In this document: piece after piece, positions 40,010 through 51,291 of the stretch
Position numbering within the stretch: position 1 is the first letter of the stretch
How the letters are laid out: every line of letters starts with the position of its first letter
Source: Psychrilyobacter sp.
GTDB taxonomy: Bacteria > Fusobacteriota > Fusobacteriia > Fusobacteriales > Fusobacteriaceae
NCBI RefSeq assembly: GCF_037132775.1
Contig: NZ_JBAHZY010000140.1
Coordinates: 37,384-101,383 of the forward strand
Reading direction: 5' to 3'
Length of the DNA: 64,000 nt
Notes under the pieces: model-generated
Told to the model about the DNA's origin: nothing
Databases searched by the model: none
The model's input: the letters and a program-made list of their open reading frames with translations, nothing else
Program-made: the position numbers and the translations under genes

Positions 40010-40522
40010 TTATTTTCCTAATTTTTTTAGAGTTTCTTTTTTCATATTCAATAATTTTTTACTTACTAATCTTTTAGCCACAGGTGCTATTTTATCTACA
40101 AATAAAATCCCCTCTAAATGGTCATTTTCATGTTGAAATGCACGAGCCCAAAGGTCTTCTAATTCCTCTTCTATCTTTTCCCCATTTTCATTTAAATACC
40201 TTACTTTTAAACTCTCAGGTCTCTTTACTTTTCTATGTATTCCAGGAACACTTAAACATCCTTCCTCATGATCTACACATTGTTTGGAATATTCTAAAAA
40301 TTCAGGGTTGATTACCTTTTTAACTACCCCTTCTTCCGCTTCTACTACAAACATCCTTAAATTAATTCCTACTTGAGGAGCCGCCAGACCTATTCCACTT
40401 ATATCCCTCATAGTTTCTACCATTTCCTCTAATATCTTCCCGATATTATCATCAATTTTTTCTATCTCTTTGTTTTTATCTCTGAGTACTGGGTCTCCAT
40501 ATGTTCTTATCTCCAAAATCAT
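40010..40522 (-). CDS. def: Peptide deformylase
   Basis: GIGLAAPQVG, EGCLS, QHENDHLEG. Confidence 0.98.
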   Translation of the reverse strand: MILEIRTYGDPVLRDKNKEIEKIDDNIGKILEEMVETMRDISGIGLAAPQVGINLRMFVVEAEEGVVKKVINPEFLEYSKQCVDHEEGCLSVPGIHRKVKRPESLKVRYLNENGEKIEEELEDLWARAFQHENDHLEGILFVDKIAPVAKRLVSKKLLNMKKETLKKLGK

Positions 40523-40532
40523 TCTCTCCCTC

Positions 40533-42674
40533 TTACATTAAATTTATAGGGTCTACATCCACTATTATCCTATATTTATTTTTTTTATCCTTGTTTTTAA
40601 ATTTAAGCACAGCTTCTGCTATTTTTCCCTTCAATATATTTACTTCTTGACGACTTCCTTTTATAAATATCTGACACCTGTAATTACCACCCATCTTATA
40701 GATTGGAGGAGCCATGGGTCCATACATCTCTAAAGTATCTTTTTCTATCTCCTTATAGAACTCTCTGGTATATTCTTCTAATCCCTCCTCTTCTTTGGAG
40801 GATATAATGACATTTATTATACGAGAAAATGGCGGATAATTCAAAACCCTTCTATTTTCTATTTCTTCTTTATAGAACCCTTCATAATCGTTACTTATAA
40901 TCTTTTGAATTACATAGTTATCAGGTTGATATGTCTGGACTATTACTTCTCCCTTTTTTTCAGCCCGACCTGCACGGCCTGCTGCCTGGCTCACCAGTTG
41001 AAAAGTTTTTTCTCCGGCTCTAAAATCTGGAAAATTTAATATACTATCAGAATTTATTATTCCTACAAGGGTTACCTCAGGAAAATGAAACCCTTTGGAT
41101 ATCATCTGTGTTCCTATCATTATATTATATTTTTTATTTAAAAAATCAGAATATATCCTATTGTGTGAATCTCTAGTTTTGGTAGTTTCAGAGTCTACAC
41201 GTAAAATAGGCAGATCAAAGAGTTCATTTAACTCCGATTCTATCCTCTCAGTACCTTTCCCTGAAAACTTCAATGATTTTTCCTTGCAATTGCTGCAGAT
41301 ATCAGAGTATTTTTTGGTGTATTCACAATAATTACACTTATAAAGGCCATCTTTTTTATAATAACTAAGAGATATAGAACAATGGGGACAAGTCTCTATA
41401 TGCCCACATTCATGGCACTGGACAAAGGTTGAATAACCTTTTCTATTCAGGAGAAGCATTATCTGCTCGTCTTTTCTTAGTCTTTCAGTCATATGTTCTA
41501 TTAGGTCTTCACTAAAAAAATCATTTTTTTCACCCTTCATATCTACTAATTTTATACTTGGTTCAGTTGCTTTCCCATACCTTTTTTTTAATTCCAATAA
41601 TTGAAATACCCCTTTGGTGGCATGATAATAGGATTCTATAGATGGAGTAGCTGAACCTAGGAGCACCTTAGCGCCCTCTATCTCTGCTCTTTTTATAGCT
41701 ACATATTTTGCATTGTATCTAGGATTACTATCTTGCTTATAGGTCCCCTCATGTTCCTCATCAATTATGATATATTTAAGATCTTTTACAGGTGCAAAGA
41801 TTGCAGACCGCACTCCTAACACAACTCTTTTTTTCCCAGAATAGATGTCTTTCCACTCACTCGCCCTTTCTTTTGCTGTTAGTTTACTATGTAGAATTGC
41901 AATTTCATCAAATTCGCGTTTAAATCTATCTACCATTTGGGGAGTAAGAGATATCTCGGGAACTAAAAATATAGCTCCTCCATTCCTTTCTAATGCATCT
42001 TTTACAAGCTCAATATATACCTCTGTTTTCCCAGAACCAGTTATTCCTTTTAAAAGATAGTATTTTTTAGTTTCTTCTAGTATTTTGTTTTTTACCTCTG
42101 CTTGCTCCACAGTCAAATGTGATTCTTTTCTATTGTATCTATATTTTATACTATTTTCTTCATTTTTTAAATACTTATTTTCTTTTATTGTATTTTTTTC
42201 TAATACAACTTGAGATTTTATGAACTTATCCAGTAGTTTTTTACCAAATTTTTGTACCATTGTAGTTTTAGCAGCTATCTGTTTTTTGGTAATATAGTCT
42301 ATAAATTTCCTCTCATTTTCATCCATAGGTATAATTAATTTATTAAAAATAATTTTTTCACTATAGGAAATTTTTATATCTTTAGGTCTTGACACCCCTA
42401 GAATATCTCCAAAATTACAGAGATAATATTTTTTTATCCATAAAAAAAGATCTATTAACTCCTTAGAATAAGACACCTGCTCCTCTACCTGACCTAGAAT
42501 TTCACTTATTTTAAATTCGTGTTCGAGAGTTTTATCCTCATATAGGATTATTCCGACTTTCTTAGTTCTCCTAAAATTTATCCAGACATGGTCTCCTACC
42601 TTATATCTTTTGCCTCTATCCGAGTAAGTGTAAAAACCATTTTCTACTCCCTCTACATATAATACATAGTTCAT
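40533..42674 (-). CDS. priA: Primosomal protein N'
   Basis: GITGSGKTEVY, VPEISLTPQ, DEEH, LNRKGY, Cys zinc clusters, GRAGR, DVDP. Confidence 0.97.
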   Translation of the reverse strand: MNYVLYVEGVENGFYTYSDRGKRYKVGDHVWINFRRTKKVGIILYEDKTLEHEFKISEILGQVEEQVSYSKELIDLFLWIKKYYLCNFGDILGVSRPKDIKISYSEKIIFNKLIIPMDENERKFIDYITKKQIAAKTTMVQKFGKKLLDKFIKSQVVLEKNTIKENKYLKNEENSIKYRYNRKESHLTVEQAEVKNKILEETKKYYLLKGITGSGKTEVYIELVKDALERNGGAIFLVPEISLTPQMVDRFKREFDEIAILHSKLTAKERASEWKDIYSGKKRVVLGVRSAIFAPVKDLKYIIIDEEHEGTYKQDSNPRYNAKYVAIKRAEIEGAKVLLGSATPSIESYYHATKGVFQLLELKKRYGKATEPSIKLVDMKGEKNDFFSEDLIEHMTERLRKDEQIMLLLNRKGYSTFVQCHECGHIETCPHCSISLSYYKKDGLYKCNYCEYTKKYSDICSNCKEKSLKFSGKGTERIESELNELFDLPILRVDSETTKTRDSHNRIYSDFLNKKYNIMIGTQMISKGFHFPEVTLVGIINSDSILNFPDFRAGEKTFQLVSQAAGRAGRAEKKGEVIVQTYQPDNYVIQKIISNDYEGFYKEEIENRRVLNYPPFSRIINVIISSKEEEGLEEYTREFYKEIEKDTLEMYGPMAPPIYKMGGNYRCQIFIKGSRQEVNILKGKIAEAVLKFKNKDKKNKYRIIVDVDPINLM

Positions 42675-42681
42675 AATATCA

Positions 42682-44796
42682 CTACCTTAATTTTATCTTT
42701 ATTTTTTTTATATCCTCGATCTTTGTTCCTGGTTTGGGAGATTGATCTATAATTTGTCCCCTGCCATCAATTACTATCTCAATCTTATATTTATTAGCTA
42801 TCATTAGAGCTAGTCTCACACCATTTCCCCTAAAATCCGGCAGTACATCCAGATCTATATTTTCTGGTAGGGTATTTGTATAGTCCCCCCCCTCTAAAAC
42901 ATCTACATTTTCTGGGGTAATCCCTTTGTATTTCAATATTCTAGACAAGGTATTTTTAAATACTGGAGCGGCTACCCAGGCACCAAATTTTCTCCAATAA
43001 TTTTCTGCATTTGGTTTTTCAAACATGATCAACACTATATATTTTGGGTTTTCTGACGGAAATATTCCTATGAAAGAAGACATATATTCTTGCTTGAGAT
43101 ACCCCCCACGACCACTTATCTGTGCTGTACCTGTCTTTCCTCCAATGGAGTATCCTGAAATGCCACCATTTCTACCAGTACCTTTTTCCACTGTCTCCTT
43201 GAGCATCTCCCTTATTTTTTTAGAAGTCTCTTTTGATATAACTCGTCTTTTAGGATCGGGTATATTTTTTTTAATAGTTACTCCTGCTGGACTCTTTATA
43301 CTATCTACCAAATAAGGCTCATAATATATCCCGCCATTTACGGTGGTAGCTAAAGATGCTATCATTTGAAGAGGTGTTATAGCTATACCCTGGCCATAGG
43401 ACATGGTATATTTTTTCATCCCATCCCATTTTTTATAGGGTAGTTGTCTCGGAGCTAATTCTCCAAATGTATCTATCCCTGTTTTATCATACAGGTTAAA
43501 TTTCTTTAAATATCTTTCAAATGTCAATGAATCCAACTTCTCTGAAATCAACGACATCCCTACGTTACTCGATACTCTCATGACTGTTTGAGGGCTTATC
43601 TGTCCTATCCCATGGGAATCACTATCTCTTATTTTATGACCATACCTCATGATGTAACCATCTGGATTATCAAGTCTCGTACTGTCGTTTATTACCCCTT
43701 CCTCATATGCTGCTGCCATGATTATTGGTTTAAATATCGATCCCATTTCATACTGTGATCTTATAGCTCTATTATTTAAATATGCTATATTCTCTGCCCT
43801 TGGATAACTGGACATAGCCAATATTTTCCCATTACTGGGATCCATTATTATTCCAACCGCTGATTTAGGAGTCACTTTTTCAAATTGTTTCTGCATCTCA
43901 TCGTCTAAGATATATTGAATATAATAATCTATGGTCAACTGTATGTTATTTCCATCTTTTTCTAAAAAATCATTATTTTTTTTATCGGATGGTAGGAGTA
44001 ATTTTCTAAGATTAGTATAGTATCCATTTTTTTCTATTTTATTACGTTTTAAGTACTTATCATAGTACCTTTCAATCCCATAAGCTCCTAATTTTCTTCT
44101 CTCTTCCCCAGAGTAAGCTCCCATGAATCCAACTATTGGTGCTAATTCATGATAGGAAAAATATTTTCTTTGAGTTGAATGTTCAAAATATATTTCATTG
44201 GATTTGATCTTATACATCGATAGTATCTCATCAATTTTATTTTTTTGAACCTCATCGACCTTATTTATTATCTTCATATATCTTTTATTCTTACTGTAAT
44301 TATCCTTCAGCTTAGTTTTAAAATTTTTTATAGTGAAGGGCTTTATTTTTTTTAGTTCTGTTACTATTTTATTTTTTTTCTCTAACACATAAAATCTTTT
44401 TGGATCTATTATAACTTTATAGATATCTATATCATAGGCTAACTCCATACCTCTAGAATCTAATATTTTTCCCCTCTTACCATTGAGGTAATATTTACCA
44501 TAACTTTGGTTCTTTGCCATGTCTGCAAATTTTTCATGTTTCATCAGTTGAACTTGAGCTAATTTCAAACCTAAAATACCAAATAAAAGTATCATAATAA
44601 AGGAAAATAAATATATTCTCTGATTAAATAATTCCATCTCTCTAGATCTTTTCAATATTAATCTGATTATATTTCCAAATAAAAAAATTATAAGTAAAGT
44701 AACTGCAACTGTAACTTTATTGAGAAAAAAGAATAATATTATCAGAAAAATTATAAGTAGGTTTATAATTCTTATTACCTTTCTTTTATTTTCCAC
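42682..44796 (-). CDS. Class B penicillin-binding protein (FtsI/PBP3-like) with PASTA-like tail
   Basis: RG.ILD, YEMGSIFKP (SxxK), SSN, KTGTAQ; two N-terminal hydrophobic segments. Confidence 0.92.
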   Translation of the reverse strand: MENKRKVIRIINLLIIFLIILFFFLNKVTVAVTLLIIFLFGNIIRLILKRSREMELFNQRIYLFSFIMILLFGILGLKLAQVQLMKHEKFADMAKNQSYGKYYLNGKRGKILDSRGMELAYDIDIYKVIIDPKRFYVLEKKNKIVTELKKIKPFTIKNFKTKLKDNYSKNKRYMKIINKVDEVQKNKIDEILSMYKIKSNEIYFEHSTQRKYFSYHELAPIVGFMGAYSGEERRKLGAYGIERYYDKYLKRNKIEKNGYYTNLRKLLLPSDKKNNDFLEKDGNNIQLTIDYYIQYILDDEMQKQFEKVTPKSAVGIIMDPSNGKILAMSSYPRAENIAYLNNRAIRSQYEMGSIFKPIIMAAAYEEGVINDSTRLDNPDGYIMRYGHKIRDSDSHGIGQISPQTVMRVSSNVGMSLISEKLDSLTFERYLKKFNLYDKTGIDTFGELAPRQLPYKKWDGMKKYTMSYGQGIAITPLQMIASLATTVNGGIYYEPYLVDSIKSPAGVTIKKNIPDPKRRVISKETSKKIREMLKETVEKGTGRNGGISGYSIGGKTGTAQISGRGGYLKQEYMSSFIGIFPSENPKYIVLIMFEKPNAENYWRKFGAWVAAPVFKNTLSRILKYKGITPENVDVLEGGDYTNTLPENIDLDVLPDFRGNGVRLALMIANKYKIEIVIDGRGQIIDQSPKPGTKIEDIKKIKIKLR

Positions 44797-44823
44797 CTAT
44801 CCACTCCTTTTGTTTATATGATA

Positions 44824-44847
44824 AAAAGAGCGGTATTCCGCTCTTTT
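44824..44847 (-). terminator. Terminator after gatB
   Basis: aaaagagcgg-tatt-ccgctctttt with A/T flanks. Confidence 0.85.
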
Positions 44848-44872
44848 ATTTTTTCTCTAGGAAATATTGCCA

Positions 44873-46318
44873 CTATGATAATTTTTCTATTAATATATCC
44901 ATAACCATCTTAGGATTTGCTTTTCCCTTAGATGCTTTCATAACTTGCCCCACAAGACCCTTTATAACCCTTGGCTTTCGTCCTTCATCAGCAACTTTAT
45001 AATCTTCTACTAATTTAGGGTTATTTTCTACTACTTCTACTACCATATTTTCAATCTCAGAAGTATCGGCTACCTGTGCCATTTTTTCTTCTTCTACTAT
45101 TGCCATAGGAGACCTTTCATCATTTAATTTAATCTCAAATAATTTTTTAGCTATCTTGCTTGATATAGCGCCCTTATCTATTAATTTTATTATCTCTCCT
45201 AATTCCTCTGAATTGATAGAAAAATCTTCAATATTTTTGTTACTATCTTTTAATACTCTAAGTACCTCTGTTAAGATCCAGTTACAACTAAGTTTAGGAT
45301 TATTAGAAGATATCACTACCTTTTCAAAGTAATCAGCTAATTCAATGCTGTTAGACAATGTCTCCGCGTCATTTCCACTGACCTTATATTCAGTTACAAA
45401 TCTTGCCATCTTAGCTACCTTAGATTCTGGCATTTCACCTTGTAATCTTTCTAATTGTTCATCTGTAATTACTATTCTCACTAGATCTGGTTCAGGAAAA
45501 AATCTATAGTCCATAGCTTCTTCCTTACTTCTCATCACTCTAGTGACTTGAGCTTCTTCATCCCAAAGTCTAGTTTCTTGGTTAATTCCCCCACCATTTT
45601 CTATTTCCTCTATCTGTCTGCTGATTTCATAGTCAATGGCACGGGCTACCCCCTTAAATGAGTTCAGGTTTTTCACTTCTACCCTTGTACCAAATGTTTT
45701 TGCTCCTTTATGCATTACAGATATATTGGCATCACATCTAAGAGATCCTAATTCCATAGAAACATTTGAAATCTTCGTGTATTTTAGTGCATCCTTTACC
45801 AAGTTTAGATATTGATATGCTTCCTCTGAACTTCTCATATCTGGTTCAGACACGATCTCAATAAGAGGCATAGATGCTCTGTTGAAGTTTATAAAAGATT
45901 CTTCCCCTGCATGGATAGATTTCCCTGCATCTTCCTCTATATGGATTCTAGTAACTCCTATCCTCTTAATATCTCCACTAGATAGTTTAATATCTATATG
46001 TCCGTTTTCAGCATACGGATGACCAAATTGAGTTATTTGATAGTTTTTAGGGGTATCTGGATAGAAATAATTCTTTCTATCAAACTTACTCTCTTTATTT
46101 ATATCGCAATCTAACGCAAATCCTGCTTTTATTGCGTAATCTAACACTTTTCTATTAAGTTTTGGTAATGCTCCAGGATGTCCTAAACATATTGGACATG
46201 TATGTGTATTTTCTGGTGAGTTATCATAGTCACTACTACATCCACACCATACTTTTGTTTTTGTATCTAATTGGCAATGTATCTCTAGCCCAATTACTGA
46301 TTCCCATTCTCTAGCCAT
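44873..46318 (-). CDS. gatB: Asp/Glu-tRNA amidotransferase subunit B
   Basis: IGLEIHCQL, FDRKNYFYPD, HIEEDAGK, RCDANIS, DYRFFPEPD. Confidence 0.98.
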   Translation of the reverse strand: MAREWESVIGLEIHCQLDTKTKVWCGCSSDYDNSPENTHTCPICLGHPGALPKLNRKVLDYAIKAGFALDCDINKESKFDRKNYFYPDTPKNYQITQFGHPYAENGHIDIKLSSGDIKRIGVTRIHIEEDAGKSIHAGEESFINFNRASMPLIEIVSEPDMRSSEEAYQYLNLVKDALKYTKISNVSMELGSLRCDANISVMHKGAKTFGTRVEVKNLNSFKGVARAIDYEISRQIEEIENGGGINQETRLWDEEAQVTRVMRSKEEAMDYRFFPEPDLVRIVITDEQLERLQGEMPESKVAKMARFVTEYKVSGNDAETLSNSIELADYFEKVVISSNNPKLSCNWILTEVLRVLKDSNKNIEDFSINSEELGEIIKLIDKGAISSKIAKKLFEIKLNDERSPMAIVEEEKMAQVADTSEIENMVVEVVENNPKLVEDYKVADEGRKPRVIKGLVGQVMKASKGKANPKMVMDILIEKLS

Positions 46319-46345
46319 ATATATTCTCCTTCTTTATTATTTTTC

Positions 46346-47794
46346 TTACAGTACTGGTATCTCCATCTTCGTATATGCTTTTTCATAAGCATATCCAGCT
46401 TTTAATATAGTTGCCTCATCAAAGGCTTTTCCTAACAGTTGTATTCCCACTGGAAGGTTATCTACTTTTCCCGCTGGAATTACAAGTCCTGGAATCCCAG
46501 AAAGGTTTGCCGGAATCGTAAATATATCCTCTAAATACAGTTCTACAGGAAGTTTCCTATCTGTCAATTTAAAAGAAGTTCCAGGAGTAGCAGGAGTTAA
46601 GATTACATCTACCTCATTAAATGCCTTTTCAAAATCATTTTTAATAAGCGTTCTTACTTTTTGAGCTTTTTTATAATAAGCATCATAATATCCAGCACTG
46701 AGTACATAGGTTCCTATCATAATTCTTCTCTTTACTTCAGGACCAAATCCCTCACTTCTAGTTTTAATATACATATCTTCTATCCCATCATAACTGCTGG
46801 TTCTATATCCATACCTTACTCCATCAAAACGGGCTAAATTTGAACTAGCCTCTGCTGGAGCAATTATATAATAAGTTGCCGGGGCAAACTTTGTGTTCGG
46901 TAGGCTAATAGGTATAATCTCTGCTCCTAATTTTTTAAAATTTTCAATGGCATCTTCAGTTACTTTCTTTATCTTAGGATTTAATCCATCGATAAAGTAT
47001 TCATTAGCAACTCCTATCTTCAACCCTTTGATATTACCATCTAAGTTAGCTGTAAAGTCAGGCATCTCTAATTCCATAGATGTAGCATCCATTTCATCAT
47101 ATCCGCCGATTACATTAAATAAAGTGGCTACGTCCTCTACACTTCTACCCATTGGTCCTATTTGATCTAGTGATGATGCAAATGCCATCAACCCATATCT
47201 AGAAATTCTTCCATAGGTAGGTTTTAACCCTACTATCCCACAAAATGCAGCTGGCTGCCTTATACTTCCACCTGTGTCTGATCCAAGTGATAATGTTACT
47301 TGTCCTGATCCTACTGATGATGCTGATCCCCCTGATGATCCCCCTGGTGTTCTTTCTAAATCCCATGGATTTTTACTCTCTTTTATATAAGATGATTTTG
47401 TCGTAGATCCCATAGCGAATTCATCCATATTAGTTTTACCAATTATTATTGCTCCTGCTTCCTTTAATCTTTTTACTACAGTGGCATCATAGATTCCTTC
47501 ATAGTTAGCAAGCATTTTAGATCCTGATGTAGTCAGATCTCCCTTAGATACCATATTATCTTTTATGGCAATAGGGATTCCCTCTAACGGTAATAACTCT
47601 TCTCCTCTAGCTATTTTCTCATCTACTTTCTTGGCTTCTTCTAGAGCACTTTCTTTTTTTAATATAGTAAAACTTCCAAGTCTTGATTCTGTTTTCTCAA
47701 TCCTATCAAATATATCGTTTATTAATTCTACTGCTGTTATTTTTTTTGCCTTTAACATAGCAGATAGTTCTGTTGCTGTATGTTTATATAACAT
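46346..47794 (-). CDS. gatA: Asp/Glu-tRNA amidotransferase subunit A
   Basis: GKTNMDEFAMGS, PGGSSGGS, GSDTGGSIRQP, SSNLARFDG; start ATG 47794 after GGAGG. Confidence 0.98.
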   Translation of the reverse strand: MLYKHTATELSAMLKAKKITAVELINDIFDRIEKTESRLGSFTILKKESALEEAKKVDEKIARGEELLPLEGIPIAIKDNMVSKGDLTTSGSKMLANYEGIYDATVVKRLKEAGAIIIGKTNMDEFAMGSTTKSSYIKESKNPWDLERTPGGSSGGSASSVGSGQVTLSLGSDTGGSIRQPAAFCGIVGLKPTYGRISRYGLMAFASSLDQIGPMGRSVEDVATLFNVIGGYDEMDATSMELEMPDFTANLDGNIKGLKIGVANEYFIDGLNPKIKKVTEDAIENFKKLGAEIIPISLPNTKFAPATYYIIAPAEASSNLARFDGVRYGYRTSSYDGIEDMYIKTRSEGFGPEVKRRIMIGTYVLSAGYYDAYYKKAQKVRTLIKNDFEKAFNEVDVILTPATPGTSFKLTDRKLPVELYLEDIFTIPANLSGIPGLVIPAGKVDNLPVGIQLLGKAFDEATILKAGYAYEKAYTKMEIPVL

Positions 47795-47908
47795 CTTATC
47801 CTCCTTGTTATTTACCCTCTTTGGCATTTTTGCTCTCTCCTGTAGCGACAAACATTAGAAAAATCTTTTAAATAAAAGTTATTTCTAGATACCGAAAGTG
47901 AGAAAGAA

Positions 47909-48742
47909 TTATTTTTTATTTTCTTTATTTATATCATATATTGTCTTAGCTACTAGCACTCCTAAAAATGCTGCTATGATGATATCACTCAACCAATGTC
48001 TTGTACCATACACTCTAGAGCCACTTAATATTAGAGCATAGGTTATCGCTAGTAGTCTAATAAATTTATTTTTATACCCATAGTAAAATGAAAAAGCTAC
48101 TGCTACCGATACGATCGCATGTCCTGAAGGCAGGCTAGCACTAGCACTTGCACTTTTAAATGGATTTATACTCTGATTTCCATTCATCCAAGATGCCCAG
48201 TTAAAAAATTGATAGGGTAGCATATTTACATCTGGTCGCAACCTAGATATTATATATTTTAATATATTTACCAGTAGCCCCCCTGCAATTATTGTCATAA
48301 GGGCTTCTTTAGAAACTTTTCTTAATTTTTTATCTTTAAATAGAGTTCCTAGGAGAAGTAATACCACTACAGTTCCAGCTGCTGTATCACCATCTCCCTG
48401 ATTGGCCAAAAATCTTTCATATTTTGAATATTTATTTTTACTGATTTTTTCTATTTTAGCTTTTCGCTGTAAGACTATTATCTCTTCAGGTATAGCTATT
48501 CTAGCTCCATTTTCTATTCCCTGTAAAGTCTTGTCATAATATTTGTTAGAAAATTGCTTAGCCACAGGAAGATCCAAATAAACTATACTAAATATAGTTA
48601 TAACTATCCCTGATAGAGCTATTTTTTTATATCTTACAAGATTTTTTAAAAAAGTTCCTACAAACCCCTTTAAATAACCATCTCTCAACACATCTATAGC
48701 TACTAAGATAACTATTATTATCATCAACGTCTCTTTATTCAC
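47909..48742 (-). CDS. PAP2 family membrane phosphatase (LpxE/LpxF- or C55-PP phosphatase-like)
   Basis: All three PAP2 motifs: KYIISRLRP, PSGH, SRVYGTRHWLSD. Confidence 0.92.
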   Translation of the reverse strand: MNKETLMIIIVILVAIDVLRDGYLKGFVGTFLKNLVRYKKIALSGIVITIFSIVYLDLPVAKQFSNKYYDKTLQGIENGARIAIPEEIIVLQRKAKIEKISKNKYSKYERFLANQGDGDTAAGTVVVLLLLGTLFKDKKLRKVSKEALMTIIAGGLLVNILKYIISRLRPDVNMLPYQFFNWASWMNGNQSINPFKSASASASLPSGHAIVSVAVAFSFYYGYKNKFIRLLAITYALILSGSRVYGTRHWLSDIIIAAFLGVLVAKTIYDINKENKK

Positions 48743-50189
48743 TATTTTTTCCCTCTAAAATTATATACCTTGTATATATAATATTCCCTTTGAATTCTTC
48801 CCCACCTTTTGAATACAACTGTATCTACCAGTTCTACCTTATCAAACAGGAATTTATCCTCTGGTTTTCTATTGTAAAATGAATGTGCTACAAAGATTCT
48901 ATTTTTTCCAACCACTCCATCTCTATCTCTCCAATAATCAAATTGACTGGTTCCTCCACTGAGGTTATATACGTATTCTTTTTTTGGTAGATAGGCCGCT
49001 AGTTGGGAAGATGTCTGATATCTATCTCCAAATAAAAACCATTCTTCTCCGTCTTTTATAGATTCATCATATATCTGTTGTACTTTAGTCGCGGCTATAT
49101 CCCAACCCTGCATATCAGCTAAAACATTCTCTTTTGGCTTTAACGGAACTATGAGAGTTGTAGCTACAAAGTATAGGATTAGGGATAAGCTTGCACTGAG
49201 TCCAATCCCTATCCGCCACAACTTATTAAATTCTGTATACCTTACAAAAACTATTATCATGGGTATATATGCACAGGCTAACCAATGAACTTTAGAGCTG
49301 TTAGACAGGGAACTAAATGTAAATACCGCTATTAGTGGCAGTACAAACCAAAATAATATATTTACGTCTGGTTTTTTAAAGTTTTTTATAGAACTTATAA
49401 ATATCCCAAAGAATAAGATCGGAGATACTACACCTATCTGTCCTCCTACAAATTGAAAAAACTTAGTAGGTCTGAATCTAAAAGTTTTACTCTGCCGCCC
49501 CTCTAAATGAAATTCAAATGACCCCCAATTATGGGAATAATTCCAATAGATAACAGGTGAAAACATAAGTATAGAAATAATGAATGCTATATATGGCTCT
49601 TTTTTCAGGAGCCAAAATCTATTTTCCTTACTCAGTAATAGGTAGAAAAATATACTTGGATATACCATAAACATATTGTATTTGCTCAGTAAACCTAAAC
49701 CTGTCAATATAGCTATAATATACCAAGCCCTGCAATCTTTTTCATAGATTACCTTTAAAAAATAATAAAGAACCATAGTATAAAGTAAGATTAGTGGTGA
49801 ATCAGGCAGTGTCATTATAGACAGAAATGAATATAACGGTAATATATTAAATATTAATCCTGAAATACCTGCTATCCTCTCACTTTTGTATAGATAGTAG
49901 GAGATCTTATAGATATATATATACTAGTTATAGATATCATCCCTACCGAGACAAATCTCACAGAAAAATTATTTTCACCAAAAATTGATGTTATTAATCT
50001 TATTAGATAGGCAATCAGTGGCGGATGGTCATAATAACTCATTCCTAAATTTCTCGACCACAACAGATAATATGCCTCATCGTCAGATAAGTTCAAATAA
50101 CTTCCTATAGCTAACCTAAGAACTGTAATTCCTACTAAAAATATTATGAATTTTTTCTTATTAAAATTATCTAATATATCTTTTATCAT
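48742..50189 (-). pseudogene. ArnT/PMT-like GT-C glycosyltransferase, frameshifted at a TA tract (49913-49923)
   Basis: N-part DDEAYY, YYDHPP, SVRF; C-part PDSPL, GLGLLSKY, HW; removing one TA fuses the two ORFs into 481 aa. Confidence 0.88.
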
Positions 50190-50200
50190 AAAAATTCTCC

Positions 50201-50494
50201 TTAGTTTTCGCTGACAGTTCTCGGCACTGCAAATGTTCCATCTACCTCATCAGGAGCATTTTTCATTGCTTCTTCTTTAGTTAAAGGTTCTTCTATTATG
50301 TCTTCTCTAAATGAATTATATATATCATTCACCTGGGTCAGAGGTTCTATTCCTTCTACATTTGCTTCATCTAATTTAGATACAAACTCTAAAATATCAT
50401 TTAATTCATTCTGTAAAATCGTAACTTCTGATTCCTTAAATTCCAACATAGATAATTTTGCTACTTTTAATACTTCTTCTCTAGTTAATGCCAT
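50201..50494 (-). CDS. gatC: Asp/Glu-tRNA amidotransferase subunit C
   Basis: LTREEV.KVAKLS.L, FRED, NAP....G.F.VP. Confidence 0.95.
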   Translation of the reverse strand: MALTREEVLKVAKLSMLEFKESEVTILQNELNDILEFVSKLDEANVEGIEPLTQVNDIYNSFREDIIEEPLTKEEAMKNAPDEVDGTFAVPRTVSEN

Positions 50495-50553
50495 CTTCTT
50501 CCTCCATATTTTGTTTAGACCTCCTCTACCGCAGCAGATGAGGTCTATATTTT

Positions 50554-51279
50554 TTAATTTTCTTTTAAATATTTTTTATTTACCCTCATCCATAATACCT
50601 TTAATATGGCTTCTAAAAATATTTTTTTACTCATCTTAGACTGCCCTAAGGTTCTTTCTTCAAATGTAATTGGTATTTCCTTAATTTTCATACCTTTTAG
50701 CCATACTTTATAGTTTAATTCCACTTGGAAAGAGTAACCATTAGATACTATCTTATCTAAATTTAAATTTTCAAGAGTTTTTCTTTTAAAACATTTAAAT
50801 CCACCGGTAAAATCTTTTATAGGAGCTCCTAAAATTATTCTAGAATACAGGCTTCCTCCACGACTAATAAATTTTCTTATAACTCCCCAGTTTACCACGC
50901 CTCCACCAGGTACATATCTGCTTCCAATTACCAGATCATGAGTTTCTATCTCCTTTAAAAATTCAGGGATATACTTTGGATTGTGAGAAAAATCGGCGTC
51001 CATCTCAAATATATAATCATAATCCCTTGCCAAGGCCCATTTAAATCCAGCAATATAGGCTGTTCCCAGTCCTAATTTACTACTTCTTTTATGGATAAAT
51101 AATTTCCCTTTATATTTTTCCTCCATGAGTTTTTCTATGATCTCATAGGTCTTATCAGGAGAATTATCATCCAATATTAATATGTTCAGGTTATCTTTAA
51201 CCAGGTATATTGTCTTCAATAACTTTTCAACATTTTCACTCTCATTATACGTCGGTATAAGTATTAATGTTTTTTTCAT
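50554..51279 (-). CDS. GT2 polyprenol-phosphate monosaccharide synthase (DPM1/Ppm1-like)
   Basis: IPTYNE, DDNSPD, GLGTAY..GF, MDADFSH, GSRY, DFTGGFK, GYSFQVE. Confidence 0.93.
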   Translation of the reverse strand: MKKTLILIPTYNESENVEKLLKTIYLVKDNLNILILDDNSPDKTYEIIEKLMEEKYKGKLFIHKRSSKLGLGTAYIAGFKWALARDYDYIFEMDADFSHNPKYIPEFLKEIETHDLVIGSRYVPGGGVVNWGVIRKFISRGGSLYSRIILGAPIKDFTGGFKCFKRKTLENLNLDKIVSNGYSFQVELNYKVWLKGMKIKEIPITFEERTLGQSKMSKKIFLEAILKVLWMRVNKKYLKEN

Positions 51280-51291
51280 CTGTTTCTCCTT

